From contig OZ242214.1 in the NCBI GenBank assembly GCA_965206595.1, forward strand, positions 672,001 to 736,000: a stretch of 64,000 nt of DNA, read 5' to 3'. The notes under the pieces are model-generated. The model had not been told where the DNA came from and did not search any database. It saw only the letters and a list, made by a program, of their open reading frames with translations. Below, piece by piece: positions 47,998-59,102 of the stretch. The position numbers and the translations under genes were made by a program. This stretch comes from Candidatus Latescibacterota bacterium (GTDB lineage: Bacteria; Latescibacterota; UBA2968; UBA8231). Numbering within the stretch: position 1 is the first letter of the stretch; each line of letters starts with the position of its first letter.

Positions 47998-48241
47998 GAG
48001 GGTGGTTCCTTCGTTCTTGAAATTGGCGTAGGGTCTATCCAGGGAACCACAGGAAGGAAGACAATCGACGGGGAAAGCCAAACCATCGAGTTGCTGGCCT
48101 AACCTCAGCCGCCGGTTGGCCCCCTCAGATTTGTTAGAAATCGCTTGGTTTCGCTGGAGAGAGTCGACCGAGTAAGCCCGCAAGATACTAAAAAAGCGAT
48201 ATTCCGCCATTTCCCAGACACCTACGGGTCCAAATATCACT

Positions 48242-48634
48242 ATGGATTCCGGGCGTTCCTCCGGTTGGATTTTTTTGCCTCCTTATGCGGATGGAGGAGG
48301 AGGTGTCTTCAGTGAGGCTCCCGTCATCAGCGTGATCGAACTGTACGTTACCCCGTTCGACAGCTGGGAAGGCTGGGACTACCCGGGACAAATGGAAGTC
48401 AGCGAGTTGGCCGCCGGCAAAGTCATCGGCTTTGGAATTATAGTGTACGACCACGACCCCGGTGAACGGGAATGGTGGACCCCCGGACGGATGCAGTGGC
48501 AACGCGCCTGGCGGAGAGACGCAGATGGATTACTCGACGGTCTCCTGCTGGGTCCCGATTTGCCGGGTCCCGGAGACAGCGCGGTGGAGTCGGTCTCCTG
48601 GGGCCGGATCAAGGCCGCCTTGGAAGTGAAATAA
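48242..48634 (+). pseudogene. C-terminal fragment of a paralogue of the 47110..47997 gene
   Basis: PPYADGGGGV..E.YVTP.D, LLDGLLL, SAVESVSWGRIKAALE; N-terminal half absent. Confidence 0.65.
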
Positions 48635-48635
48635 T

Positions 48636-49535
48636 ATGGTCCGTTTTCACAAACCAATCGCCTTGTTGGGGTTATGCTGCTGCCTTTGGCAGCAACCGGT
48701 CTCAGCCCATGACCGCGAGGGAAGCGTGTTCCTCACATCCGGGCAAGGGGGTTCCGTCAAGCGCATATCGGTCGTAGACAGCACCGATACCCCGTGTTGG
48801 ATGCCGGACGGCCGGAGCATCCTGTACGTTGCCCACACCAGCAGCGAAAACACCTTTCATCTGGTTTCCACGTCCGGGGAGAAACTGAGGACTGTTCCGA
48901 TCCCTCCCCCCATCGTCACCGTGGGGGGAATCTCCATTGCGCCCGACGGTACGGAGCTGCTCTTGTCGGGCAGAACCGCAGATCCGGAAGGGACGTTCGA
49001 CATCTACCGAATGAAACTGGGAGCCGAAGATCCGGAGTTGGAATTAATCGTTCAGGATGGAATCTTTCCGCTCTGGTCGCCCGATGGCGGGCACTTCATT
49101 ATTACCACGTTTCGTAACGGAAACATGGAACTGTTCGTCGCCGACCGGAACGGGCAAAATCTGCGCAACTTGACCCAGCACGAGAAGTACGACGGGCGCG
49201 GAACGTGGTCTCCGGATGGGGATCGCATTGCTTACGAGAGCGACCGTTTTGGCAATATCGACCTCTGCGTCGTAGATGTGGCAAGCGAAGACGTGGTCCG
49301 GCTCACCGATTATTCCGGGGAAGATCGAGAACCGTCCTGGTCCCGTAACGGAGAGATCGCCTTCGCCTCCGACCGGAATGGCTAGTTCTGCATCTACAGC
49401 ATGGCTTCGGATGGAACGGAGATAGTAAAACTGACTTCGGGGAATTACGACCGGCAGCCGGTCTGGTCCCCGGACGGCGACAGCCTCTGTTTCATCTCCC
49501 GGCTGCCCCCGCTTCCCGATACCCTGGGTAGGTAG
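48636..49535 (+). pseudogene. TolB-like PD40 beta-propeller interrupted by an in-frame TAG at 49383-49385
   Basis: WSPDG repeats; frame continues after the TAG as FCIYSMASDG...PVWSPDG to a stop at 49535. Confidence 0.8.
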
Positions 49536-49580
49536 CCCCGCGGCAGGCGGCACAGCGCCATCGGCAAGGATCAAACGAAG

Positions 49581-49622
49581 AAGCGCCTTCCGGCAGCACC
49601 TGGAAGGCGCTTTTCCTGTTTT
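49581..49622 (+). terminator. Intrinsic terminator
   Basis: AAGCGCCTTCC...GGAAGGCGCTT 11-bp stem followed by T-rich tract. Confidence 0.65.
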
Positions 49623-49883
49623 CCCCGGAGTGCTAATTGCAGGAATGTGTAATTGGTTTCGGCCCGTTTCAGGGGTTGATCTGGTACTGCACTCCTCCGT
49701 ACGGCTCACCGGTGCCGGGAGCACCAACATCGAGACCGACCACGGTGCACTGGTGCGCCGGCTGCGGACATGGAGATATAGTGGATTTTCTCGCGGCGCT
49801 GGGCGCACCCATGACGATCAGCGTCGCACTGACTCGAGCGCGGCCTGAAGGGGTTGGCCATGGGGATTCCCAGGCCGGCAGCT

Positions 49884-50738
49884 TCACGGAGAATCCGGAG
49901 CCGCAACGAACGGAAGGACCGCGTCCCTCATTCGGATCGTCTCCTTCATGGTGTCGGCCTTGTCCATGTCCCACACCTCCTCGTGCTCGTATTCGAGGGT
50001 GGCGTAGCCGTCGTACCCCTGCTCGGCGAGCCGCCGCATCAGTCCGGGGAAATCGATCTTCCCGTCGTCCCAGCGCGCCTGGATGCGGCCGGCGGCGCCC
50101 TGGCGCAGGTGCACGTGGCCGGCATACGGCAACAGCGGGTGCAGTTCCTCTTCCCTGTAGCCGATCGACACGCAGTGCGAGTAGTCGACGCAGATCCTGA
50201 GATCCGGGTTCTCGCGCAGGAAGGCGAGGGTCTCGGCGGGGCTCTCCAGCACCGACTCGCGGTGCGGCTCGAAGACCACGTCGACCCCTGTCCGGGTCCC
50301 GGTTTCCGCGGCCGCCCGCAGCGCTTTGGCGGAGAGCGCCTGGGCATCCTCGCGGGACATCCCCGGCTGCTCGACACCGGGAACCAGGGTGATCGACTTC
50401 AAGCCCGCGGCGGCGGCGAACTCGCAAAGCGCCGCCACCGAATCGGCATTGCGCCGGCGCATCGACTCGTCGGGTGAGTTGAGGGCCCGGTCCTCGAAGT
50501 CAGCCCCGATCAGGGTCATGAGGTTGACGAGATCGACCTCGACGCCGGCGAGCTCCTCTGCGACACGCCGGGCAACTGCCTGCGGGTCGGCCTCTATTTT
50601 CCGGACGTCCAGCAGCATGCCGGGCGCGGTGATGAGGTCCATGGCGCCGATGCCGAGGGCCCTGTAGATGCCGGCCGACTCCCGCAGGCTCGCCCCGACC
50701 CAGCTCCACTGGGCCCCGGCCAGCTTGATTCCACTCAT
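49884..50738 (-). CDS. Sugar phosphate isomerase/epimerase (AP endonuclease 2 TIM barrel)
   Basis: FEPH, DYSH, HVHLRQ, GYDGYATLEY. Confidence 0.85.
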   Translation of the reverse strand: MSGIKLAGAQWSWVGASLRESAGIYRALGIGAMDLITAPGMLLDVRKIEADPQAVARRVAEELAGVEVDLVNLMTLIGADFEDRALNSPDESMRRRNADSVAALCEFAAAAGLKSITLVPGVEQPGMSREDAQALSAKALRAAAETGTRTGVDVVFEPHRESVLESPAETLAFLRENPDLRICVDYSHCVSIGYREEELHPLLPYAGHVHLRQGAAGRIQARWDDGKIDFPGLMRRLAEQGYDGYATLEYEHEEVWDMDKADTMKETIRMRDAVLPFVAAPDSP

Positions 50739-50824
50739 TCGTGCTCCCTCTGGAGAATTCCTGCGACCGGTCCCCCGGGCCGGCAAGGCGCCCGGTTCCG
50801 ACCCGCATCGCGAATCAGCTTCCC

Positions 50825-50863
50825 AAAGAAAAAGGGCAGGCGCTCAAAACTCGGCGCCTGCCC
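50825..50863 (-). terminator. Intrinsic terminator of the cox-like operon
   Basis: GGGCAGGCGC/GCGCCTGCCC stem followed by TTTTTCTTT on the minus strand. Confidence 0.75.
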
Positions 50864-50910
50864 CCTCTGTCATGCCGGCGCTTACTGTCGGGCGCCAGCC
50901 AAATCAGACC

Positions 50911-51771
50911 CTATGCCGCCCGCACCGCCTCGCCGAGAGCTTTCATCGCCAGCACTGATGCGAGGTGCCGACGGTACTCCTCCCCGGCGAACGAATCGCT
51001 CAGCAGCTCGACCCCCTGGGCCGCATGTGCCGCGGCCGCCGAGATCGCCTCGGAATCGCCGGAGCTGCCGTTCATCGCCTCTTCCACCCCGAGGTCCCTG
51101 AAGGCGGCGTTGGCGATGCCGGTGAAACCGACGCGGACGTCGCTGCAGGTACCGCCGTTCTTCGTTACCGAGGCGGCGCAGCCGCAGACCGCGAACCGCG
51201 AAGCCGGGTGGGGGAACTTGGCATACGAGGATCCGGTGCCTGCCCCCTGCGACGGCACCCGCACGTCGAGGATGATCTCGTCCGGGGCCAAGTTGGTCAT
51301 GTAGAGCTCGACGAAGAAGAAGGAGGCGGCGATCTCGCGTTCTCCCCCGGGTCCCCTGACGCGGATCCGCGCATTGGCGGCCAGCACCGCGGCCGGATAG
51401 TCCGCGGCCGGGTCGGCATGGGCGAGGCTGCCGCCGATGGTGCCCATGTTGCGGACCTGGACGTCGCCGATTGAGGAAGCCGCCTGCGCGAGCAGCGGAG
51501 CTTTCTCGTTGACGATGTCGGAGGACTCGATGTCGTGATGCGTGGCTCCGGCGCCGATGACGACGTCGTCGCCGGCGGTCGAGATCTGCTGCAGCTCGTC
51601 GATCTGGCCGATGTCGATGAGGTGGCCCGGCGCCGAGAGGCGCAGCTTCATCGCCGGCAGCAGGCTGTGGCCTCCGGCCAGAATCCTGGCGTCGGCACCG
51701 TGCTCGTCGAGCAGGGAAAGCGCTTCGTCGACGGTGGCGGGACGATGGTATTCGAATGCTTCCGGTATCAT
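50911..51771 (-). CDS. coxM: Molybdenum hydroxylase FAD subunit (CoxM-like)
   Basis: LAGGHSL, QVRNMGTIGGSLAHADPAAD. Confidence 0.9.
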   Translation of the reverse strand: MIPEAFEYHRPATVDEALSLLDEHGADARILAGGHSLLPAMKLRLSAPGHLIDIGQIDELQQISTAGDDVVIGAGATHHDIESSDIVNEKAPLLAQAASSIGDVQVRNMGTIGGSLAHADPAADYPAAVLAANARIRVRGPGGEREIAASFFFVELYMTNLAPDEIILDVRVPSQGAGTGSSYAKFPHPASRFAVCGCAASVTKNGGTCSDVRVGFTGIANAAFRDLGVEEAMNGSSGDSEAISAAAAHAAQGVELLSDSFAGEEYRRHLASVLAMKALGEAVRAA

Positions 51772-51788
51772 TTCCTGTCTCCTCTATG

Positions 51789-54155
51789 CTAGGCCGCGTC
51801 CTGCATGGCCTTCCACACGGTCTGCGGGGTAAGGGGCATCTGCAGGTCGCGGACGCCGAGATGCCAGAGGGCGTCGATCACCGCGTTGACCACCGCCGGC
51901 GTCGAACCGATGGTGCCGGTCTCTCCCGCTCCCTTGACGCCGAGGGTGTTGTGGGGGCACGGGGTGACGGTGCGGTCGGTCTCGAACCTCGGCACGTCGT
52001 CGGCGCGCGGCATCGCGTAGTCCATGTAGGAGCCGTTGGTGAGCTGGCCGTTGTCGTCGTACACCGCGCCTTCGAGCAGGGCTTGTCCGACGCCGTGGGT
52101 GATGCCGCCGTGGACCTGCCCGTCGACGATCATCGGGTTGACGACGTTGCCGACGTCGTCAACGGCGATGTAGCGCCTCAGCTGCACCATGCCGGTGTAG
52201 GGACAGACCTCGACGACGGCGATGTGGGCGCCGTACGGGAAGGTGAAGTTGGCCGGGTCGTAGAAGCTGGTGAACTCGAGACCGGGCTCGAGCCCCTCGG
52301 GGTAGTTGTGGGGCACGTACGCGGTCAGGGCGACGTCGGCGAAACCGACCGACTGGTCGGTCCCCTTCACCTTCCAGGAGGCGTCGACGTACTCGAGGTC
52401 CTCCTCCGAGGCCTCGAGCAGGTGGGCGGCGATCTTCGCCCCCTTCTCCTTGACCTTCTCCAGGCTCCTGGTGATGGCCATGCCTCCCACCGCCAGGGAA
52501 CGGGACCCGTAGGTGCCCATGCCGAAAGGCACCTGCTCGGTGTCGCCGTGGACGATCTCGACGTCCTCCATGGGGATGCCGAGGCTGTCGGAGACGAGCT
52601 GCGAGAAGGTGGTTTCGTGCCCTTGGCCGTGCGAGTGGCTGCCGGTGTAGACCGACACCTTGCCGGTGGGCTGCACCCGCACCGTGCCGCTCTCGTAGAG
52701 TCCGGCGCGCGCGCCCAGGGCGCCGACGACGGCGGAGGGGGCGATGCCGCAGGCCTCGACGTAGGTCGAGAACCCGATGCCGATCAGGCGCCCTTCGGCG
52801 CGGGCTTCTTCCTGCTCCTTGCGCAGGGCGGCGTAGCCGGCGTTCTCGAGCGCCTTGTCGAGGACGGCTTCGTAGTTGCCGCTGTCGTAGACGAGCGCCA
52901 CCTGGGTCTCGTACCCGGGCTGTTCGACGCCGTCGAAAGCGGGGATGAAGTTCTGGCGGCGCAGCTCCGCCGGGTCCCTGCCGGTCTCGTGCGCCGCCTG
53001 GTCGAGCAGGCGCTCGAGCAGGTAGGTCGCCTCGGGCCGCCCGGCGCCGCGCAGGGCGTCGACGGGAACCGTGTTGGTGAAGGCGGCGGTGACGTCGACG
53101 TGGATCGCCGGCGTCCTGTAGAGCCCCTGCAGCAGGGTGCCGTAGAGGTAGGTCGGAATGCAGGGGGCGAAGGTCGAGAAGTAGGCCCCCATGTTGGCGT
53201 GGGTCTTGACCCGCAGGCCGACGATGTTGCCGTCGCCGTCGAAGCCCATCTCCGCCTTGGTGGCGTGGTCGCGGCCGTGGGCGTCGGTCAGGAAGCTCTC
53301 GCTGCGCTCGGCCGTCCATTTCACCGGCCGCCCGAGGCGCTTCGAGGCCCACATGGCGATCACCTCTTCGGCGTAGTGAAAGATCTTGCTGCCGAATCCG
53401 CCGCCGACATCGGGGGACACCACCCGCACCTTGTGCTCCGGGAGGCTCATCACGAAGGCCGACATCAACAGCCGGATGACGTGAGGGTTCTGGGAGGAGG
53501 TGTAGAGGGTGTAGTGGTCGCGGGCGTCGTCGTAGTCGCCGATGGCGCAGCGCGGCTCGATGGCGTTGGGGATGAGGCGCTGGTTGGCGTATTCGAGGGT
53601 GGTGACGCGGGCGGCGCCGGCGATGGCGGCGTCGGTCGCCTCCTTGTCGCCGAGCTCCCAGTCGAAGGGGACGTTGTTGGGGACGTCCTCGTGCAGCTGC
53701 GGGGCCCCCTCTTCCTGGGCCGCGACGACGTCGACGACCGCGTCGAGAACCTCGTAGTCGACCTTGACGAGCTCGGCCGCGTCCCTGGCCTGCTCGCGGG
53801 TTTCGGCGACGACGACAGCAACCGAGTCTCCGACGTGGCGCACCTTGCCGACCGCCAGCGGCGGATGCGGCGGCTCCTTCATGGTGTCGCCGTTCTTGAA
53901 GTCGACCTGCCAGCCGGCGGGCAGCCCGCCGATGCCGTCGGCGGCCATCTCGTCGCCGTTGAGGACGGCGACGACCCCGTCAGCCGCGGCCGCTTCCGAG
54001 GAGTCGATCCCCTTGATGTTCGCGTGCGCGTGCGGAGACCGCACCACCGCGGCGAAGGTCATGCGCGGAAGGACGATGTCGTCGGTGTAGCGCCCCTTCC
54101 CGGTGAGGAACTTGTAGTCTTCCACGCGCTTTACGGATTGTCCGAGTACGCTCAT
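51789..54155 (-). CDS. coxL: Molybdenum hydroxylase large subunit (form II CoxL-like)
   Basis: [37 protein letters not shown]. Confidence 0.9.
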   Translation of the reverse strand: MSVLGQSVKRVEDYKFLTGKGRYTDDIVLPRMTFAAVVRSPHAHANIKGIDSSEAAAADGVVAVLNGDEMAADGIGGLPAGWQVDFKNGDTMKEPPHPPLAVGKVRHVGDSVAVVVAETREQARDAAELVKVDYEVLDAVVDVVAAQEEGAPQLHEDVPNNVPFDWELGDKEATDAAIAGAARVTTLEYANQRLIPNAIEPRCAIGDYDDARDHYTLYTSSQNPHVIRLLMSAFVMSLPEHKVRVVSPDVGGGFGSKIFHYAEEVIAMWASKRLGRPVKWTAERSESFLTDAHGRDHATKAEMGFDGDGNIVGLRVKTHANMGAYFSTFAPCIPTYLYGTLLQGLYRTPAIHVDVTAAFTNTVPVDALRGAGRPEATYLLERLLDQAAHETGRDPAELRRQNFIPAFDGVEQPGYETQVALVYDSGNYEAVLDKALENAGYAALRKEQEEARAEGRLIGIGFSTYVEACGIAPSAVVGALGARAGLYESGTVRVQPTGKVSVYTGSHSHGQGHETTFSQLVSDSLGIPMEDVEIVHGDTEQVPFGMGTYGSRSLAVGGMAITRSLEKVKEKGAKIAAHLLEASEEDLEYVDASWKVKGTDQSVGFADVALTAYVPHNYPEGLEPGLEFTSFYDPANFTFPYGAHIAVVEVCPYTGMVQLRRYIAVDDVGNVVNPMIVDGQVHGGITHGVGQALLEGAVYDDNGQLTNGSYMDYAMPRADDVPRFETDRTVTPCPHNTLGVKGAGETGTIGSTPAVVNAVIDALWHLGVRDLQMPLTPQTVWKAMQDAA

Positions 54156-54216
54156 GGCTATCTCCGTGCCGGTTGCACCGGCGAGGTGTTGAAGGTGAAA
54201 GTCATCCGTGTCGAAA

Positions 54217-55329
54217 TCATGAGACGATTATCCGCTCGACTTCTTCAATAGAGTATTGTGGTTTCCGGGCGTGAATCATGGCGTGACAGTTGGGGCAAAC
54301 CGGACGCAAGTCTTCAATCGGGTCCAGTTCATACCCCTCTCCGATTTCCGAAAGCGGAACGAGGTGATGCACGTGAATGAGGCCATCGCCGGCGGGGCCG
54401 TACTTTTCGGCGAAGGCGAACCCGCAGACAAAGCAACGAGCACCATGGCGAGCGATACATTCGGTTCGTGCACGTGAACTTCGCTCGTACCGGTTGATCG
54501 TAACTGGCTGTCGTGCACCCTCGAAGAAAGTGTCCGGGATTTCTTCCGGAAGACTGAATCCGTTTTCGCCCTTTCCTTGCTCGGGGCGTTCCTCGGCCGG
54601 CCTTGACTCTCTTTGGGCCTCTTTCAATTGGCCGCCGGCGTCCCGCTCTTCGGTCTTCTGGCGAGGCCGCCACGTCCAGCCTTCCCACTCTTCCTGATCG
54701 AGGTCGTAGCCGAGATGGTCGGCGTAGCCGTCCAGTATCCCCTCTTCCGCTGCTGTCGGGTGGGTGTCCAGTTCTGCGCGGATGCGCTCTTCCTCGGCGG
54801 CCGGAACGGTAATTGTGTAACTGCCGGCCACATCGCCACTAGGGGTTACGAGGTCGAGGTCGATTGCTGCAAGAAGCCGTGATGTTGCAATCAGCCGTAA
54901 CCACTCCTGATGGAGCTCGTTCGCAACATCATCGGGAATGAGGATTCCGGAGCGTTGCGTTTCCCAGTGCATCGAAGCAAACGGCGGATCATCCAACCGT
55001 GCGCGCGGAATGATCTGATTGGGATCGGTCCCCGGATTCACGATCCAGTCGATCTGGTATTCGATGTATTGAGAGGTCCTGGTTGGATCTCCCCAGTGCT
55101 CTTCTTCCCAGGGCGGAGTGACGACAGTTCCCCAGGCGAAGAGCCCGCGCGGTTCTTTCCCTTGTCGGAGGTGCCAGACGCGGTCCCCTTCCTCGATGCG
55201 TTTGGTGTTCCCACAACTCCAGTCCGTGATAGGCCGCTCGCCGGCATGGAAATCATCGACCAGTTCGGGAAGGTCGGAAGGGCCAAATAAAGCCTTTTCC
55301 GGATTCCACGTGAGAAGATACGTGGCCAT
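54217..55329 (-). CDS. EVE/PUA-like domain + HNH endonuclease (putative type IV restriction enzyme)
   Basis: YLLTWNP, WSCG, GDRVW..RQG; [31 protein letters not shown]. Confidence 0.8.
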   Translation of the reverse strand: MATYLLTWNPEKALFGPSDLPELVDDFHAGERPITDWSCGNTKRIEEGDRVWHLRQGKEPRGLFAWGTVVTPPWEEEHWGDPTRTSQYIEYQIDWIVNPGTDPNQIIPRARLDDPPFASMHWETQRSGILIPDDVANELHQEWLRLIATSRLLAAIDLDLVTPSGDVAGSYTITVPAAEEERIRAELDTHPTAAEEGILDGYADHLGYDLDQEEWEGWTWRPRQKTEERDAGGQLKEAQRESRPAEERPEQGKGENGFSLPEEIPDTFFEGARQPVTINRYERSSRARTECIARHGARCFVCGFAFAEKYGPAGDGLIHVHHLVPLSEIGEGYELDPIEDLRPVCPNCHAMIHARKPQYSIEEVERIIVS

Positions 55330-55349
55330 GTGCAAGTTCCGATCCGGCC

Positions 55350-55811
55350 CTAGCTCGCGGCGGCGTGCTGCACCGCGCGGACGATGTTGTCGTACCCCGT
55401 GCAGCGGCAGAAGTTGCCCTCGAGGCCGTGCCGGATCTCCTCGTCGGAGGGGCTCGGGTTGTCCTCGAGGATCTGCCAGGCGGTCATGATCATGCCGGGG
55501 GTGCAGAAGCCGCACTGCAGGCCGTGCTCCTCGTGGAACCCCTGCTGGATCGGGTGCAGCTCGCCATTCGTGGCGAGCCCTTCGATCGTCGTGATCTCCC
55601 TGCCGTCGGCTTGCACGGCGAGCATGGTGCAGGACTTCACGGCCTGGTCGTCGACGACGATGGTGCAGGCGCCGCAGCTGCTCGTGTCGCAGCCGACGTG
55701 TGTTCCGGTGAGCGCGAGGGTCTCGCGCAGGTAGCTGACGAGCAGGGTGCGCGGCTCGACCTCGTGCTGGTGAGTCTGCCCGTTTACGGTTACCTCTATC
55801 GGTACCGCCAT
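55350..55811 (-). CDS. coxS: [2Fe-2S] small subunit (CoxS-like)
   Basis: [25 protein letters not shown]. Confidence 0.93.
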   Translation of the reverse strand: MAVPIEVTVNGQTHQHEVEPRTLLVSYLRETLALTGTHVGCDTSSCGACTIVVDDQAVKSCTMLAVQADGREITTIEGLATNGELHPIQQGFHEEHGLQCGFCTPGMIMTAWQILEDNPSPSDEEIRHGLEGNFCRCTGYDNIVRAVQHAAAS

Positions 55812-55860
55812 AGGTGAACCTCCTGTCGGCGCTCCGGAGCCAACCGGAGCGGTGTGAGTA

Positions 55861-56295
55861 TCAGGCTATTTCCTTTTCGAGAGCCTGGAAGAACTGCGCC
55901 GTGAACAACCTCGCGACACCGGACATGACGCGCTGTCCAAGGCGCGCGAGAACGCCGGTCATGCGGCCCTTCCCGACGAACGATACGACCGAGGCGTCGC
56001 CTTCCGGCTTGACGTCGAAGGAGCCCTCGGCAGTTACGGTGCCGATCCTTCCTTCGACCTCGACGATCAGGCGGTAGCTCTGCGGGGGCACCTTGTCGGT
56101 GACCTCGATGGTGCCTTTGAAGCCGCTGTTGATCGGGCCGAGCTTGATGTCGAAGACGGCCTCGTATTTTTCCCCTTCAATCGGTATCAGCTTCACCACC
56201 CCGGGGGTGCAGCGGCTCAGCACTTCGGGATCGTTGAGCAGGTTCCAGGCCGATTCGGCGTCGGTTTGGAGCTTGTGGGTGCCTTCGAAATGCAA
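55861..56295 (-). CDS. coxG: CoxG (SRPBCC) accessory protein
   Basis: [30 protein letters not shown]; TTG start. Confidence 0.85.
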   Translation of the reverse strand: MHFEGTHKLQTDAESAWNLLNDPEVLSRCTPGVVKLIPIEGEKYEAVFDIKLGPINSGFKGTIEVTDKVPPQSYRLIVEVEGRIGTVTAEGSFDVKPEGDASVVSFVGKGRMTGVLARLGQRVMSGVARLFTAQFFQALEKEIA

Positions 56296-56469
56296 TTCGT
56301 TTTCTCGCTTGAAATGCCGCCGGGACCGGTCCGCGGCGGCGAGGGGGGGTTACTATATAGCGGCGAGGGGGGCTACTAAATAAAGGTTGTCCGGGGCTGT
56401 CAATCAATGCTGCGGGGCGTATATTCCCAGCCCTTCCGGACATGGCATAAACCAAGGTGGGAACACAGG

Positions 56470-57543
56470 ATGCGGGATATCTGGAACGACCTGGTCGAGT
56501 GGGACGAGAGCGCGAGACCTTTTGCCCTGGCGCGCGTGGTGGAGACCTGGGGATCCTCTCCCCGCGGCGTGGGTTCGGCGATGATCGTCGACGCGGCGAT
56601 GAAGGTGGCCGGCTCGGTCAGCGGGGGGTGCATCGAGGGGGCCGTCATGGAAGAGGCGGAACAGGTCCTGGCCACGGGAATCCCGAAAAAGCTGACCTAC
56701 GGCGTCGACGACGAGACCGCCTGGTCGGTCGGGCTGTCCTGCGGCGGCGAGGTGTCGGTGCTGGTCGAACGGCACCTGCCCCAGGCAGATGGGGAGGGCA
56801 GCGCCGCGGTCTGGAGTAAGCTTCGGGAACGAGTGGAGGGGAACCGGCCCGCGGTCCTGCTGACCCGTCTGGGGCCGGGGGGGTCTCCCCCTCACCTGCT
56901 GGTCACCCCCGAAGAGGAGGCGACCGGGTCATGGGGCGCGGCAACCCAAACAGCGGTGGCGGCCGGGCTCGAGGCGTACTCCGCCCGCGAGAGCGCCGTC
57001 GTCGAAGTGGCGGGCAAGGCGGTCTTCGCCCAGGTGTTTCCGCGGCGCGATCAGCTGCTCGTCATCGGCGCCGGACATATCACGCTCCCCCTGGTTCAGT
57101 ATGCGGCGCTGCTCGATTTCGAGACCGTGGTCATCGACCCGCGCCAGGTATTCGCGACGCCGGAACGGTTTCCCGTGCAGCCGTCTCTGCTGCTGGCGAA
57201 ATGGCCCGGAGATCTGCTGGACGGCTGGGACCTCAACGAGGACTGCTACTGCGCGGTGCTGACCCACGATCCCAGGATCGACGACGAGGCCCTGCACCGT
57301 TTCCTCAAGGCGCCGGTGGCCTACATCGGTGCGCTGGGGGGCCGCAAGTCCCACGCCAAACGCAGGGCGCGATTGCAGGAAGCGGGGTTTTCCGAGGCGG
57401 AGATCGACCGCATCAAGGGGCCGATCGGGCTCGACATCGGCGCCGAGACCCCGGCGGAGATCGCCCTCAGCATCCTCGCCGAGGTCGTGGCCGTTAAGCG
57501 GTCGCGGACCAGGGGCAAACAGGGGCCCGGTCCCGGCCGCTGA
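56470..57543 (+). CDS. xdhC: XdhC/CoxI family Moco chaperone
   Basis: WGSSPR, GSVSGGCIEG, GLSCGG, LTHD, YIGALG, PIGLDIGAETPAEIA. Confidence 0.92.
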   Translation: MRDIWNDLVEWDESARPFALARVVETWGSSPRGVGSAMIVDAAMKVAGSVSGGCIEGAVMEEAEQVLATGIPKKLTYGVDDETAWSVGLSCGGEVSVLVERHLPQADGEGSAAVWSKLRERVEGNRPAVLLTRLGPGGSPPHLLVTPEEEATGSWGAATQTAVAAGLEAYSARESAVVEVAGKAVFAQVFPRRDQLLVIGAGHITLPLVQYAALLDFETVVIDPRQVFATPERFPVQPSLLLAKWPGDLLDGWDLNEDCYCAVLTHDPRIDDEALHRFLKAPVAYIGALGGRKSHAKRRARLQEAGFSEAEIDRIKGPIGLDIGAETPAEIALSILAEVVAVKRSRTRGKQGPGPGR

Positions 57544-57557
57544 AACACCCACTTCTC

Positions 57558-58166
57558 TTGCAGGACAGATACCCAGTTTCAGCCGTGGTCCTGGCGGCCG
57601 GCACCTCGAGCCGCATGGGAGCGGAGAACAAGCTGCTGCTGCCGTGGGGCGACAAACCGGTTCTCGAAGTCGTGGTGAACGCCCTGGTCGGCGCCGCGCT
57701 CCATGAAGTCGTCGTCGTGGTCGGTCACGAGGCCGAAACCGTCGCCGCCGTGCTGGAGCCGTACCCCGTCCGCGTCGTCACGAACCCCGGCTTCGCCGCC
57801 GGCATGTCCGCTTCGCTGCGGGCCGGGATCGGGGCAGTGGACGCCATGGCGAGGGGGTTTCTCGTCGCCCTGGGGGACATGCCCGGAATCAGCACCGGCC
57901 TCGTCGATCTGCTGTGCCGGAGATTCAACGAGGCAGAAAAGTCCGCCATCCTCCTTCCGGTCAACGAAGGGCGCAGGGGCCACCCGGTGATCTTCGCCAG
58001 CGATTACAGACAGGAGCTGCTGGGGTTATCGGGTGACCGGGGCGCTCGCAGCGTAGTCGAGAGACACCCCGAATGTGTGGTGGCAGTGCCGGTCTCCGCC
58101 TCGGGAGTTTTGGCAGACGTCGATACACCTGAGGAGTACCGGAATCTCCGGGAACGCAGCCAGTGA
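57558..58166 (+). CDS. mocA: Molybdenum cofactor cytidylyltransferase (MocA-like)
   Basis: VLAAGTSSRMG, NKLLL, GDMP, GHPV, GDRGAR, DVDTPEEY. Confidence 0.88.
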   Translation: MQDRYPVSAVVLAAGTSSRMGAENKLLLPWGDKPVLEVVVNALVGAALHEVVVVVGHEAETVAAVLEPYPVRVVTNPGFAAGMSASLRAGIGAVDAMARGFLVALGDMPGISTGLVDLLCRRFNEAEKSAILLPVNEGRRGHPVIFASDYRQELLGLSGDRGARSVVERHPECVVAVPVSASGVLADVDTPEEYRNLRERSQ

Positions 58167-58210
58167 TGCTGGATGCGTTCGCACACGGGGGGTGAACCCA
58201 CTCGCGAATC

Positions 58211-59074
58211 ATGGCCGCTCTGTATCTGATCGACGGAAGCTTCGAGCTGTTCCGCTGCTATTACGGCGCCCCCAGGGCGCAACTCGACTCCGGCGCAGAG
58301 GTCGCTGCCGTACGGGCGCTTTTTCGCACCCTGGCCGCATTGCTGCAGGAGCCGGAACTGACGCACGCGGCAATTGCCTTCGATGATGTCGACATGCTGG
58401 AGGCGCGCGAAGAGAGCGACACGGTTCTCATCCACAGCCAGTACGATGCGGCGCTCGAAACGGCGCGTGCGCTGGGAATTACACTCTGGCAGATGTCGGA
58501 GTACCAGGCGGATGACGCCATAGCGACGGCTGCCCATCGGTTCCGTTCCGATCCCGTTCTCGATGGGATCGTGATTTGCTCCTCCGACAACGATTTCGCG
58601 CAATGCGTTCGCGGTGAAAGGGTGGTCCTGCTGAACCGGATCAAGCGGGAGAGGACCGACGAGGCGGGCGTGATTGCCAGGTTCGGGGTCGGTCCCGAGC
58701 GCATCCCGGAATTCCTGAGCCTGGTGGGCGACCCGTCCGACGGGATACCCGGGATTGCGGGGTTCGGCCGCAAGTCAGCCGCCGCCGCCATCAGCCGGTT
58801 CGGACGCCTGGAGGATTTCCCGGAGGACCCGGCGGAGTGGGAGAGCCTGGAGGTGCGCGGCAGGCAGAAGCTGGCACAGACGTTTACCGCCAGACGCGCC
58901 GAGGCCCTGGACTACCGCGACCAATCGATTAAGAGCATCGACGTGCCGCTGTCCGAGAGTCTCGACGATTTGCGCTGGCGGGGGGCGGACCGCCGCAAAG
59001 TCAACGAGCTGGCCGAGGCGCTCGCGGATCCGGCCCTGAAGGAGCGGCCGCCGATGTTTCGGAAACGGGAATGA
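58211..59074 (+). CDS. 5'-3' exonuclease/flap endonuclease (Xni-like)
   Basis: LIDGS, AFD, ADD, SSDND, LVGDPSDGIPGIAGFGRKSA. Confidence 0.85.
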   Translation: MAALYLIDGSFELFRCYYGAPRAQLDSGAEVAAVRALFRTLAALLQEPELTHAAIAFDDVDMLEAREESDTVLIHSQYDAALETARALGITLWQMSEYQADDAIATAAHRFRSDPVLDGIVICSSDNDFAQCVRGERVVLLNRIKRERTDEAGVIARFGVGPERIPEFLSLVGDPSDGIPGIAGFGRKSAAAAISRFGRLEDFPEDPAEWESLEVRGRQKLAQTFTARRAEALDYRDQSIKSIDVPLSESLDDLRWRGADRRKVNELAEALADPALKERPPMFRKRE

Positions 59075-59102
59075 GAAGCCGGGACAGGGGCAGGATTCCC
59101 TT

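Noticed and set aside
28114-49385. Stop-codon recoding (TGA at 28114, TAG at 49383)
   Set aside because: TGA and TAG terminate many normal genes in the window and the YWTD gene has other lesions; simple nonsense mutations suffice
51789-54155. Bona fide form I CO dehydrogenase
   Set aside because: Active-site loop is ALRGAGR (form II-like), not AYxCSFR, and gene order is S-L-M; substrate uncertain
51756-54251. Long antisense/alternative-frame ORFs (831 aa here; also 21211..23943, 60323..62581, 17162..18844, 5233..6651)
   Set aside because: Shadow ORFs of GC-rich real genes with no family motifs
54217-55515. 432-aa version of the HNH ORF, or a group I intron/intein
   Set aside because: Upstream extension overlaps coxS; coxS and coxL are each complete, so the insert is intergenic
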